Positions 11,993 to 22,187 of a stretch of DNA of 64,000 nt are shown in pieces. Numbering within the stretch: the stretch's first letter is position 1; every line of letters begins with the position of its first letter. Made by a program: the position numbers and the translations under genes. The stretch spans positions 434,821 through 498,820 of the forward strand of contig CAVYIU010000009.1 of NCBI GenBank assembly GCA_963768665.1. The letters run 5' to 3'. The stretch is from an uncultured Spirochaetota bacterium (GTDB lineage Bacteria > Spirochaetota > Spirochaetia > SZUA-6 > Fen-1364). The notes under the pieces are model-generated. The model did no database searches and had not been told where the DNA came from. It worked only from the letters and a program-made list of their open reading frames with translations.

Positions 11993-13809
11993 CTAGGACG
12001 TCTTCCCGTCCACCAGGGCCAGGAACTCGTCCCGATCCACGACTTCCTTGTCCAGGAGCAAAGCAGCCAGTGCCTCGACGGTGGTCCGCTTCTCCTCGAT
12101 GATGCCCCGGGCGGCAACGTAGGCCTGGTCCAGGATCCGCTTCACCTCGTCATCGATCTCCGCGGCGATCTTCTCCGAGTATTCTTTCTCGGTCGGGAAG
12201 TACGAATCGCCCTTGAGGAACGGGTTGTGCGGGCGTTCGTAGGAGGACAGCCCCATGCGGGAGCTCATCCCGTATTCCTTCACCATGGCCCGCGCGATGT
12301 CGGTTGCCTTGAAGAGGTCGTTCTGGGCGCCGGTGGAGACGTCCTTGAAGAAGACCTCCTCGGCGACCCTGCCCCCCAGGAGCGTTGCCAGCTTCTCTTC
12401 CAGCTCCTTCTTCGTGACGAGGTAGCGGTCTTCCGTGGGAAGCTGGATGGTGTACCCCAGCGCGGCAATGCCGCGGGGCACGATGGAGATCTTCTGCACC
12501 GCGTCCGCGCTCCCGAGGCTGTGCCCCACGATGGCGTGACCCGACTCGTGGAACGCGACGATCTTCTTCTCGTGCGGGTTGATGAGGCGCTTCTTCTTCT
12601 CCAGCCCGGCGACCACGCGGTCGATGGCCTCGCTGAACTCCGAGGTCGTGACTTCCGTCTTGGAACGCCGCGCCGCGAGGAGCGCGGCCTCGTTCACGAT
12701 GTTGGCGAGGTCGGCGCCGACGAAACCGGGGGTCCGCTGCGCGATGACCTTCAGGTCGACATTACCGGCGAGCTTCACGCCCTTCGCGTGGACCTTGAGA
12801 ATCTCCTCCCTGCCCAGCAGGTCGGGCCGATCAACGACCACCTGCCGGTCGAAACGGCCGGGGCGAAGGAGCGCCGGGTCGAGGATTTCGGGCCTGTTGG
12901 TGGCGCCCATGATGATGACGCCCTTGCGGGTGTCAAAGCCGTCCATCTCCGTGAGGAGCTGGTTCAGCGTCTGCTCGCGCTCGTCGTATCCGCCCATGGG
13001 GTTGTAGCCGCGTGCCTTGCCCAGGGCGTCAAGCTCGTCGATGAAGATGATGCAGGGCGCCTTGGCGCCTGCCTGGTTGAAGAGATCCCGCACGCGCGCG
13101 GCGCCGACACCGACGAACATCTCCACGAACTCGGAGCCCGAGATGCTGAAGAACGGCACCCCCGCCTCCCCGGCCACCGCCTTCGCAAGGAGCGTCTTGC
13201 CCGTGCCGGGCGCGCCCACCAGGAGAATGCCGCGCGGGATGCGTCCCCCGAGCGTCTCGAACCGGGCGGAGTCTTCAGGAAGTCCACGACCTCCTGCAGC
13301 TCCTCCTTTGCCTCGTCGATGCCCGCGACGTCGCCGAAGGTGATGCGCTTGGCCCCCGTGTCGGCGACCAGCTTCGCCTTGCTCTGCCCGATGCTGAGCA
13401 CGCCCGGGCCGCCGCTTCCCATCCGCATCATGAAGAAGTTCCACAGGGCGAACATGATGGCCACCGGGAGGATCCAGGAGAGGATGTTGCCGAGGAACGA
13501 GCCCTGCGCCACGCCGCGGAATGTCACTCCCTTGTCGGTGAGCTGCTTCACGAGATCCGGCTCGTCCACGCGCAGCGTGTGGAACGGCACCGTCTGCCCG
13601 TCCTTCGCCTTCAGCGTGCCCGAGATGTCCGTTGCCGAGACGGCGACGTCCTGGATCCGTCCCTCGGCGAGAGCCTGCTTGAAGTCGCTGTAGCTGATGT
13701 CAGGCTTTGTGCCGCCGGCGATGTACCATTGAAGACCGAGAATGAGGAGAAGGCCCGCCACCACGTAGAATATGGAAAACTGGGTCTTCTTGTGCTGATC
13801 AGGATTCAT
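11993..13809 (-). CDS. ftsH: ATP-dependent zinc metalloprotease FtsH; 1-nt frameshift near 13268-13275
   Basis: N-terminal TM and periplasmic domain, then the AAA module ([27 protein letters not shown]), the HEXXH motif (HESGHAI) and the C-terminal helical domain. The reading frame switches between ORFs 12964..13809 and 11993..13444 at ...FLKTP / [11 protein letters not shown]. Confidence 0.85.
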
Positions 13810-14152
13810 ACGAAATTTCTCCCCGCGATCGGCTGCGGGCGGCGCGGTGCATGCGCGGGATCCATCCTGTGGACTCCCGTCGCTCCGTCTCTCGCGTGTA
13901 TCACCGCCGGGCCGTCACCGGCCCCTGCCCTTCCCGTCATCGCGTATCCACTCACAATTTAACGATGGATGGCTCGTAATACAAGTCAGCGCGGCGCAGC
14001 CGTCGCGTCAGGGCTACGCGTCGCGCGCTACTGCGTCGCGTCTGACGCATGACTGCTGCGTTGACACGCATAAGCAGGCCGGACACAATCGACGCAGCGC
14101 GCCACGCGCGGCCCTTTCGAGGCCCGCTGAGTCGCCGCGCAAGGAGCACGTC

Positions 14153-15151
14153 GTGAAGGTCCTGTTTACCGGCATCCAGCCCACGGGCGAGATACACCTT
14201 GGCAACTACTTCGGGGCGATAGCAAACTGGGTGCGTCTCCAGGGCCAGTACCGCTCCTTCATCTCCGTGGTCGACCTGCACGCCATCACAATCCCGTACG
14301 AAGCCGCCGAGATGCCCCGCAAGGTGATGGACCTCGCTACCACCCTCTACGCCTGCGGGCTGGACATGGATAGCACCACGCTCTTCGTGCAGTCCGAGGT
14401 CCCGGGACACGCCGACCTGACGTGGATATTCAACAGCATCACGCCCCTGGGGGAGCTGGAGCGGATGACGCAGTTCAAGGACAAGCGCGAACAGTTCCGC
14501 GCCTCCGTGAACGTCGGCCTTCTCGACTACCCGGTGCTCCAGGCCGCCGACATCCTCATCTACAAGGGCGAGGTGGTGCCCGTCGGCGAGGACCAGGTCC
14601 AGCACGTCGAGTTCACCCGCGAGGTTGCCCGCCACTTCAACGCGCGCTACGGTGACACGTTCCCCGAATGCCAGGCCCTCCTCACGGCAACACCCCGCGT
14701 GCTCGGCGTCGACGGGGACGCGAAGATGAGCAAGAGCAAGGGAAACTCCATCGGCGTCCTGGAGACGGCGGAACAGATCTGGGCAAAGGTCGGACCCCGC
14801 GAAGACCGACCCGGCGCGCGTTCGACGCACGGACCCGGCACGCCGGAAAAGTGCACCATCTGGTCCTACCACCTCCTCGTGACGCCTGAGGCCGAGCGCA
14901 AGGACGTCCATGACGGCTGCACCACGGCAGGCATCGGCTGCATCGACTGCAAGAAGCGCTTCCAGGGCAACCTGATGAAGGTCCTCGATCCGATCCGCAC
15001 CCGCTACGCGGAGCTCGCCGGTGACGGGCGAAAGTCCGTCGAGGAGCATCTGGAAGCGAACGCGGCGCAGTGCCGCGATGTCGCCTCGAAGACGATGCTC
15101 GAGGTCAAGGGAAAGATGGGGTTGAAGAAGGTATGGAAAATCCAGAACTGA
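14153..15151 (+). CDS. trpS: tryptophan--tRNA ligase
   Basis: RBS AAGGAG then GTG. The class I HIGH-type motif appears as TGEIHLGNY and the KMSKS motif is present. 332 aa. Confidence 0.85.
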   Translation: MKVLFTGIQPTGEIHLGNYFGAIANWVRLQGQYRSFISVVDLHAITIPYEAAEMPRKVMDLATTLYACGLDMDSTTLFVQSEVPGHADLTWIFNSITPLGELERMTQFKDKREQFRASVNVGLLDYPVLQAADILIYKGEVVPVGEDQVQHVEFTREVARHFNARYGDTFPECQALLTATPRVLGVDGDAKMSKSKGNSIGVLETAEQIWAKVGPREDRPGARSTHGPGTPEKCTIWSYHLLVTPEAERKDVHDGCTTAGIGCIDCKKRFQGNLMKVLDPIRTRYAELAGDGRKSVEEHLEANAAQCRDVASKTMLEVKGKMGLKKVWKIQN

Positions 15152-16470
15152 AAGCGGCGGACCTCGCCATCGACTCCCTCGGCGAGGCGAAGGTCACTTC
15201 GCCCCTGGGGCTGGGCACGCTCTCGGGGGACGACACGGCGAACTACGTGACGGACACCAGGACGGTGCTCATGGATTTCGACCGTGACGACCTCATGGCC
15301 CGCGTGAAGGCCGGCCGGGAGGTTCCCGCTTTCCAGATGGCGGGGCCGCGGCAGTACATCTTCTTCGAGCCCAGCCGCGTGAAGGCGGCCATCGTCACCT
15401 GCGGGGGGCTGTGCCCCGGCATCAACAACGTCATCCGTACGCTGGTCTTCGAGCTGCACTACCGCTACGGGGTGCGCACCACGTACGGCATCCGCTACGG
15501 CTACCGCGGCTTCATCCCCAAGTACGGCTACGAGCCGTCGACACTGACCCCCGAGCTCGTTGCGGACATCCACGAGCGCGGCGGAAGCGTCCTCTCCTCC
15601 TCCCGCGGCGGACAGGATGCAGGGGAGATCGTCGATTTCCTCCAGCGCAAGGGCATCAACCTCCTCTTCACCATCGGCGGGGACGGCACCCTGCGCGGCG
15701 CGCTGGACATCTACCGCGAGGTGAAGAAGCGCGGCCTGCCCATCGCCGTGATCGGCATCCCGAAGACCATCGACAACGACATCGCGTTCGTGGAGAGGAC
15801 CTTCGGGCTGGAAACCGCATTCTCCGTGGCGGCGGAATCCATCCGCAGCGCGCACACGGAGGCCATCGGCGCACCCAACGGCATCGGCATCGTCAAGGTG
15901 ATGGGGCGCATGTCGGGCTACATCGCGGCCAACGCCGCGCTCGCCCTCAACGAGGTGAACTTCTGCCTGATACCCGAGGTGGCCTTTGGACTGGAGGGAA
16001 GCTTCGGCCTGTACGCCCTGCTCGAGCAGCGCCTGCGCCAGCGTGATCACGCGGTCATCATCGTCGCCGAGGGGGCCGGACAGGAGTTCGTGAAGAACAT
16101 CGACGGGAAGAAGGACGAATCGGGAAACCCCGCCCTGGGCGACATCGGGGTATTCCTGAAGGATTCCATCAAGAAGTACTTCAAGGAACACACCGACCTC
16201 TACGTCAATATCAAGTACATCGACCCCAGCTACATGGTCCGCTCCGTGGCAGCCAATGCCCACGACGCCATCTACTGCATCCAGCTGGCGCAGAACGCGG
16301 TGCACGCGGGCATGGCCGGCAAGACCGGCATGATCATTGGCCAGTGGAGCGGGCAGTTCACCCATGTGCCCATCGCGCTTGCCACCTCGCGGCGGAAGGT
16401 CCTTTCGCCCGAGGATCCCCTCTGGCTCTCGGTGCTGGAGGGCACCGGGCAGCCCTACAAGATCGGGTAG
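15133..16470 (+). CDS. pfkA: 6-phosphofructokinase, long form (PfkA family)
   Basis: IVTCGGLCPGINNV, GGDGT and PKTIDND motifs. The N-terminal ~90-aa extension is typical of long-form PFKs. The start overlaps the trpS 3' end by 19 nt. Confidence 0.8.
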   Translation: MENPELKAADLAIDSLGEAKVTSPLGLGTLSGDDTANYVTDTRTVLMDFDRDDLMARVKAGREVPAFQMAGPRQYIFFEPSRVKAAIVTCGGLCPGINNVIRTLVFELHYRYGVRTTYGIRYGYRGFIPKYGYEPSTLTPELVADIHERGGSVLSSSRGGQDAGEIVDFLQRKGINLLFTIGGDGTLRGALDIYREVKKRGLPIAVIGIPKTIDNDIAFVERTFGLETAFSVAAESIRSAHTEAIGAPNGIGIVKVMGRMSGYIAANAALALNEVNFCLIPEVAFGLEGSFGLYALLEQRLRQRDHAVIIVAEGAGQEFVKNIDGKKDESGNPALGDIGVFLKDSIKKYFKEHTDLYVNIKYIDPSYMVRSVAANAHDAIYCIQLAQNAVHAGMAGKTGMIIGQWSGQFTHVPIALATSRRKVLSPEDPLWLSVLEGTGQPYKIG

Positions 16471-16679
16471 ACAATCGACTGCTCCCGGCACCGCGGCTTC
16501 GGCCCGCCCACCTGCCTTGACGCTCCCCGCCCCCCCTCGGTATTCTTCTTTCCGGACGAGAGTCCTCGTGGAGTGATTTGCGGTGTATTGCAACCACGTA
16601 AAAAAAGGCTAAAAAACCAGGACCGCCCGCAAGAGCCCGCCTGTGTTTGACTAGCCCGACAGCAAGGGGGGATTCACAC

Positions 16680-17840
16680 GTGTCACAGAGAAAAGATTAC
16701 GTCTTCACGTCGGAGAGCGTCGGCGAAGGCCACCCGGACAAGATATGCGACCAGGTCTCCGACTCGGTCCTGGACGAGGCGCTGAAGCAGGACGCGGCAT
16801 CGCACGTCGCATGCGAGACCTTCACAACCACCGGCCTGGTGCTCGTGGGCGGTGAGATCACCACCACCGGTTACATCGACCTGCCGCAGCTCGTGCGCGG
16901 CGTGCTGAAGTCCATCGGGTACACCGATCCCAGCTTCGGCATCGACTACGAATCGTGTTCCGTGATCTCCACGATCCAGCGCCAGTCACCCGACATCGCG
17001 CAGGGCGTCAACGGCACCGGCCTCCACCACGAGATGGGTGCGGGGGACCAGGGCATGATGTTCGGCTACGCGTGCACCGAGACGCCGAGCCTGATGCCCG
17101 CGCCGATCAGCCTCGCGCACAAGATCATGCAGATCGCAGCAAAGGCGAGGAAGGACGGGACGCTTGAGTTCCTGCGCCCCGACGGCAAGTGCCAGGTGAC
17201 CGTCCAGTACGTCGACAACAAGCCTTCGCGCGTTTCCACAGTGGTGCTCTCGCACCAGCATTCGGAAGAGGTCACGCACAAGGATCTCTCCGAGGCGCTC
17301 ATCGATACCGTCATCCGCAAGGCCATCCCCAGGGAGCTCCTTGACGGCACCACGAAGTACCTGATCAACCCGACAGGCCGGTTCGTGATCGGCGGGCCGC
17401 ACGGGGACTCGGGGCTCACGGGCCGCAAGATCATCGTCGACACCTACGGCGGCATGGCGCGGCACGGCGGCGGCGCTTTCTCGGGCAAGGACCCCTCGAA
17501 GGTGGACCGCTCGGCCTCCTACATGGCGCGCTACGTCGCGAAGAACGTCGTGGCGGCGGGACTCTGCGAGCGCTGCGAAGTGCAGGTGGCCTACGCTATC
17601 GGCGTCGCGAAGCCCGTCTCGCTCTTCGTCTCCACGTTCGGCACCGGCAAGGTGCCCGATGAAAAGATCGAGAAGGCCGTTTCCGAAGTATTCGACCTGA
17701 CGCCCCAGGGCATCATCAAGACACTCGACCTCCTGAAGCCGATCTACCGGGAGACCGTCAACTACGGCCACTTCGGCCGCGAGGGGTTCACCTGGGAGAA
17801 GACCGACAAGGTCGATGCTCTCAAAGCAAGGTTGGTCTAG
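16680..17840 (+). CDS. metK: S-adenosylmethionine synthase
   Basis: GTG start after a purine-rich [23 protein letters not shown] and [19 protein letters not shown] are MetK signatures. 386 aa. Confidence 0.9.
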   Translation: MSQRKDYVFTSESVGEGHPDKICDQVSDSVLDEALKQDAASHVACETFTTTGLVLVGGEITTTGYIDLPQLVRGVLKSIGYTDPSFGIDYESCSVISTIQRQSPDIAQGVNGTGLHHEMGAGDQGMMFGYACTETPSLMPAPISLAHKIMQIAAKARKDGTLEFLRPDGKCQVTVQYVDNKPSRVSTVVLSHQHSEEVTHKDLSEALIDTVIRKAIPRELLDGTTKYLINPTGRFVIGGPHGDSGLTGRKIIVDTYGGMARHGGGAFSGKDPSKVDRSASYMARYVAKNVVAAGLCERCEVQVAYAIGVAKPVSLFVSTFGTGKVPDEKIEKAVSEVFDLTPQGIIKTLDLLKPIYRETVNYGHFGREGFTWEKTDKVDALKARLV

Positions 17841-17843
17841 GCG

Positions 17844-18857
17844 ATGAGCGAAGGGGGCGGCAGCGCCGCGAGGCGCGCGGCACGTTGGTTCGAGACGCGG
17901 ACCGACGGCAGGGTGTCCTGCCTGCTCTGCCCCCACTCGTGCGTCATCCGGGAAGGTCACCCCGGCGTGTGCGGTGTCCGCTTCAATCGCGGCGGCACGA
18001 TGGAGATCCCCTATTACGGCATGGGGTCCAGCACGGCAGTGGATCCCATCGAGAAGAAGCCTCTCTACCACTATCGCCCCGGTGAGCGCATCCTGTCGGT
18101 CGGGTTCGTGGGGTGCTCGTTTCACTGCAAGTTCTGCCAGAACTGGCACATCTCCCAGGGCAGGGACGCGCGCACACGGTACCTGAGCCCGCGAGCCATG
18201 GTGGACGCGGCAAAGCGGGAGGGCTCCTTCGGGATCGCGTACACGTACTCCGAGCCCCTCATCCACGCCGAGTACCTGCTGGATACTGCCGCCATTGCGC
18301 GCAGCGAAGGGATCAGGAACGTGCTCGTCTCGAACGGCTTTCTCAACGAGGGTCCCGCGGCGGAGGTCCTGGGCCTCATGGATGCCGCGAACATCGACCT
18401 CAAGGCGTTCAACGATGACTTCTACCGCACGGAGACGGGCGGAAGCCTGCCGGAGGTGAAGCGCTTCCTGGGACAAGCGGCCCGCACGACGCACCTCGAG
18501 GTGACCACCCTTGTCATCCCGGGCAGGAACGATGACCCCGGCGAGATCGAGGCACTGGCGCAATTCGTCGCCTCGCTCGGGCTCGACGTACCGCTTCACC
18601 TCTCCGCCTACCACCCCGACTACAAGTACGAGGTGCCGTCCACTCCCGCGGAGGCGCTCCGCTCGCTCGCTGTCATCGCCCGACGGCACGTGCGTTACGT
18701 GTACACCGGGAACATCGGGGAAGACTCGACCACCGCGTGCGCGACCTGTGGGAGCATACTGGTCCGGCGCCAGGGGTACTCGGTGCAGGTGACGGGTCTG
18801 CGCGGCTCCGCCTGCGCGAAATGCGGCGCGCTGTCGCCGATCGTGATGGAGGCCTGA
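17844..18857 (+). CDS. radical SAM enzyme (AmmeMemoRadiSam-system-like / PflA-type activase family)
   Basis: GCSFHCKFCQNW fits Cx3Cx2C. The N-terminal CLLCPHSC and DPIEKKPLYHY match the AmmeMemoRadiSam radical SAM pattern. The gene starts 4 nt after the metK stop. Confidence 0.65.
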   Translation: MSEGGGSAARRAARWFETRTDGRVSCLLCPHSCVIREGHPGVCGVRFNRGGTMEIPYYGMGSSTAVDPIEKKPLYHYRPGERILSVGFVGCSFHCKFCQNWHISQGRDARTRYLSPRAMVDAAKREGSFGIAYTYSEPLIHAEYLLDTAAIARSEGIRNVLVSNGFLNEGPAAEVLGLMDAANIDLKAFNDDFYRTETGGSLPEVKRFLGQAARTTHLEVTTLVIPGRNDDPGEIEALAQFVASLGLDVPLHLSAYHPDYKYEVPSTPAEALRSLAVIARRHVRYVYTGNIGEDSTTACATCGSILVRRQGYSVQVTGLRGSACAKCGALSPIVMEA

Positions 18858-18906
18858 GGATTCAGCGGGACGCCAACGGCCTTTCCTGGCCCACCGGTAT
18901 GGAGCC

Positions 18907-20163
18907 ATGACCGGGCGACAAGCCACATCGGTCAACGCGAGTGATGCGGCCCTGTTGCGGGACTTCGCGCGGCGGGTCGCGGAGATTGCGGCGCGTGACG
19001 AGCAGGCAGCAAAAAGGCAGCTCTGGATTGATCACAACGCCCTGAAGGCCACCCGGCCGTTGATCTTCTGCGACCCGGAAAAAGCGTGGTACGAGATCAT
19101 TGCCCCGGAATCCCTGCAATGCCAGGGCGCGCTGGCGCGCATCTGGGAGTTCAAGCTGCGCAAGGAACTGTTCTGGGCGGAGCAGATCCGCGACGATCGG
19201 GTCATAGAGCGGGTGCTCAGGATACATCACGTCTCAGCGGAGAGCGATCGAGGGCTTAGCGCCACGATCATCGGGGACGTGGAGGCGGGGGGCTCCTATC
19301 GTTGGGATGCTCCCCTGAAAGACTACGCCGATGTGGCGCTCCTCAAGCCAAGACAGACCTTCGTTGATTCCGAAAAGACCAACGCCCTTCTTGCCCTCGC
19401 TCAGGACGTTTTCCAGGGGATTCTCGAGGTGAGGCTCGAGGGTGCGTGGTGGTGGTCCCTGGGCATGACGAGCGACCTGATCCTCCTGCGCGGCTTCGAG
19501 CAGGCGCTCCTCGACCTGTACGACTTTCCGAAAGAGCTCCACGCGCTCATGGCGTTCCTCCGCGACGAGAACCTGTCAAGACTCGATTTCCTGGAGAGCC
19601 GGGGACTCCTCTCGCTGAACAACGGCGGCGACTTCATCGGCACCGGCGGGTACGGCTGGTCGCGCGAGCTGCCCTGTCCGGGTTTCGATGGGACCCACGT
19701 GCGCACTCGGGACATGTGGGGATTCTGCGAGAGCCAGGAAACGTCCAGCGTCTCGCCGCAGCTGTTCGAAGAGTTCGTGTTCGCCTACCAGCTGCCGATC
19801 CTCGAGCGCTTCGGGCTGAATATCTATGGATGCTGCGAGCCCCTGGACAGCCGGTGGGACATCATCCGGCGGATACCGCGCCTGCGAAAGGTGACCGTTT
19901 CGCCCTGGTCGGACATGCGCCTTATGGCCGCGAGGCTCGGCGAGCGCTACATCACGTGCAGGAAAGTGAATCCCGCCCCTGTCTCTGTCGCCACCTTCGA
20001 CGAGGAAGGCGTAAGAGCCGAGCTTCGCGGAACCTTTGCGGCGGCCGCCCTGAACCGCTGCCGGCTCCAGGTGCTCCTGCGGGACATCGTCACCCTGGCG
20101 GGCAATCCGGAGAACGCGGTACGGTGGACCCGGATTGCGCGGGAGGAGTCGGAAAGGGTGTGA
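18907..20163 (+). CDS. hypothetical protein (possible URO-D-like TIM-barrel fold)
   Basis: 418-aa ORF with core-like GC. I recognise no diagnostic motif. Confidence 0.4.
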   Translation: MTGRQATSVNASDAALLRDFARRVAEIAARDEQAAKRQLWIDHNALKATRPLIFCDPEKAWYEIIAPESLQCQGALARIWEFKLRKELFWAEQIRDDRVIERVLRIHHVSAESDRGLSATIIGDVEAGGSYRWDAPLKDYADVALLKPRQTFVDSEKTNALLALAQDVFQGILEVRLEGAWWWSLGMTSDLILLRGFEQALLDLYDFPKELHALMAFLRDENLSRLDFLESRGLLSLNNGGDFIGTGGYGWSRELPCPGFDGTHVRTRDMWGFCESQETSSVSPQLFEEFVFAYQLPILERFGLNIYGCCEPLDSRWDIIRRIPRLRKVTVSPWSDMRLMAARLGERYITCRKVNPAPVSVATFDEEGVRAELRGTFAAAALNRCRLQVLLRDIVTLAGNPENAVRWTRIAREESERV

Positions 20164-20233
20164 CCCAGCTGACCCCAACTGGCGCCCTGCCCTTGACAAT
20201 CCCGCCCGTTTTTGGTGTCCTTTGGCTGCACTT

Positions 20234-20306
20234 TCCCCTGTAGCTCAGTCGGTAGAGCGGGTGGCTGTTAACCACTAGGTCGGCGGTTCGAGTCCGTCCG
20301 GGGGAG
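20234..20306 (+). tRNA. tRNA-Asn (anticodon GTT)
   Basis: Hand-folded cloverleaf: acceptor TCCCCTG/CGGGGGA, D-arm GCTC-AGTCGGTA-GAGC, anticodon stem GGTGG/CCACT with loop CTGTTAA, 5-nt variable loop, T-arm GGCGG-TTCGAGT-CCGTC, discriminator G. CCA is not encoded. Confidence 0.8.
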
Positions 20307-20335
20307 CGATAAGTCCTTTTATAATAAGGACTTAC

Positions 20336-20369
20336 AGGCCCTCGACGAAATCGAGGGCCTTTTTGTTTT
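20336..20369 (+). terminator. rho-independent terminator (GGCCCTCGA-cgaaa-TCGAGGGCC followed by a T-tract)
   Basis: Perfect 9-bp GC-rich stem followed by TTTTTGTTTT. It is preceded by a second AT-looped hairpin (AAGTCCTT-ttataata-AAGGACTT, 20311-20334) directly after the tRNA. Confidence 0.6.
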
Positions 20370-20405
20370 CGCCATTGGTATCAGATTGGTATCAGGGGGA
20401 AAGAG

Positions 20406-21607
20406 TTGAGAAGAAAGTATCCCGAACCGTGGAAGAGGCCAGGCAGTCCTTACTACCAGTGGTGGTACACAGATGCAGGCGGTAAGCGAGTGAGGATCTC
20501 GACCGGCCAGGTCTTGAAGGAAAAAGCGCGGGAGGAGATCAGAAGATACGTAGATAGGCTGACCGCAACGGCTGGCTTGACCACAACCACTTTTCGGGCC
20601 TATGCCGAACCATTCTTCCTATGGCAGACCTGCCCTCGTGTTGCACGTCTTCGTGATGAGGGCAAGAGCATCGGCAAGACACACGTGGCGAAAAGCCGTC
20701 GATGGCTTGAGACGTACGTCTTCGAGGACAAGGTGTTCTCCGACCTATCAATCAAAGAGATCAGGCGCGCAGACATCCTCGACCTGCGAAATAGGCTACG
20801 CGCAGCAAAGGAAGGCCGAACAAACACCGTGAATAAGGTGATCGCAACCATAAAGACCATCCTTAGTGAGGCAGCGTTCCGCCAAGACATTGATTTCAAT
20901 CCCGGGGCAGATGTCGGCAACATCAATTATCACAACTTGAACGAGGGACCTTCACTGTGGATGAGGTACGTCTGTTGCTTTCAGCGCGTCCAGGCGAGAT
21001 GAAGAATAGCCCTCTTGTTGATGTTGTCGTGACTGCTCTGCTTTGCACCGGTTGCAGGGCCGGTGAACTGCGAGCGCTTCGATGGGCCGCGGTAGATCTA
21101 AAGAGCGGAAGGACATCGATTTGCGAAGCATTCAAGAACGAGAAAGAAATCGGCGACCCCAAGTGGGGCAAGAAGCGCGAGATTGTTCTTCCTGGAATTT
21201 TACTGCAACGACTGAAGAAATGGCGAGAAACCAGCAGATTCAACTCGCCTGATGATTTCGTCTTCTCGACTCTTGATGGAGCTCCCCCCGGGCAAACTTG
21301 GATTCGGAATAATATGCTGAGGGTTCTTAAGAGCGCCGATGCCGACAAGGAACTGAACTTCAAGATCGGGGACCGATGGCTTACGCCTCATGCTTGTCGC
21401 CACACCATCAATAGTCACCTACTGGCCGCCGCGGTCCCAGCCTTGCTTGTACAGACCTTCCTCGGCTGGAGTTCGGAAGAAAATAGAATCCTAACCCGAG
21501 TCCAACGCTCATACACTGAGCTTAAGCTCTTCCGTCTCGAAGAGGTTGCTTCAAAGATCGACGAACTCTACGGTAAGAGAAAGGAACTGAAGTCGAAAAA
21601 CGCTTGA
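20406..21607 (+). CDS. tyrosine-type site-specific integrase (phage integrase family); frameshift near 20950-20960
   Basis: N-terminal SAM-like/arm-binding region, then a catalytic domain with TGCRAGELRALRW, HACRHT and a C-terminal Tyr. It is split between ORFs 20406..21002 and 20957..21607 and lies immediately downstream of the tRNA-Asn 3' end. Confidence 0.75.
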
Positions 21608-21713
21608 CCAGCCAGCGGCCGCAGACGACGGTCCTGCGCGAAAGCGCATACCTTGATAGGCGCGCTTCAGGAGAAGGGCGCTCGTACTCCGCCAGTTTGC
21701 CCTACGCTGAAAG

Positions 21714-21917
21714 TCAACCCTGCTTCTTGCTGCCTTGCGAGTTCTTGATTATCCACTCTGCGAGTCTGCCTTCAGGCACGCGTCGAGCTCGACCCAAGGT
21801 GACACTGGGCAATTCGCCCGATTCACACATGCGGTACACGGTTATGGGGGAGACGGCGAGCATCTCAGCCGCTTCTTTAATGCGAAGAAGCCGGATCGAG
21901 GACTTGCCGTCATCCAT
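21714..21917 (-). CDS. AlpA/excisionase-family helix-turn-helix DNA-binding protein
   Basis: 67 aa. LRIKEAAEMLAVSPITVYRMCESGELPSV is an Xis/AlpA-type HTH. Confidence 0.65.
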   Translation of the reverse strand: MDDGKSSIRLLRIKEAAEMLAVSPITVYRMCESGELPSVTLGRARRVPEGRLAEWIIKNSQGSKKQG

Positions 21918-22187
21918 TGCTTTCGCCTAGCAACCGGGTCCGAACTGAACGCTCCCAGAAGTCCGCTAAGATCCAAGATAGAAGGGAGCTGTCACTTCGG
22001 CAGATTTGCGTCTTGACCTTACGACCACAAGCCCTACGCGATAATTTGACATCGCTCATGCATTAACCTTACCAACATCTTCCTCGAGAAAAGCTAAACC
22101 GGTTAACGCCTAGACATAGCATTCTTGACTCAAGGTTGTCTGACCTGCCCGCGTTTCAGCTGCATCCGTCACGAGCGGTGCACCCAA

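Noticed and set aside
11993-13809. Interpreting frameshifts as genuine pseudogenes or programmed frameshifting
   Set aside because: The same single-base frame breaks occur in essential ftsH and recur at about one per 3-4 kb window-wide. No slippery heptamers or conserved recoding context were seen. Sequencing or assembly error is the parsimonious explanation.
15004-16593. 529-aa minus-strand ORF
   Set aside because: Antisense to pfk. No motifs. High-GC artefact.
16986-18935. 649-aa minus-strand ORF
   Set aside because: Antisense to metK and the radical SAM gene, which have unmistakable motifs. Arg/Pro-rich junk composition.
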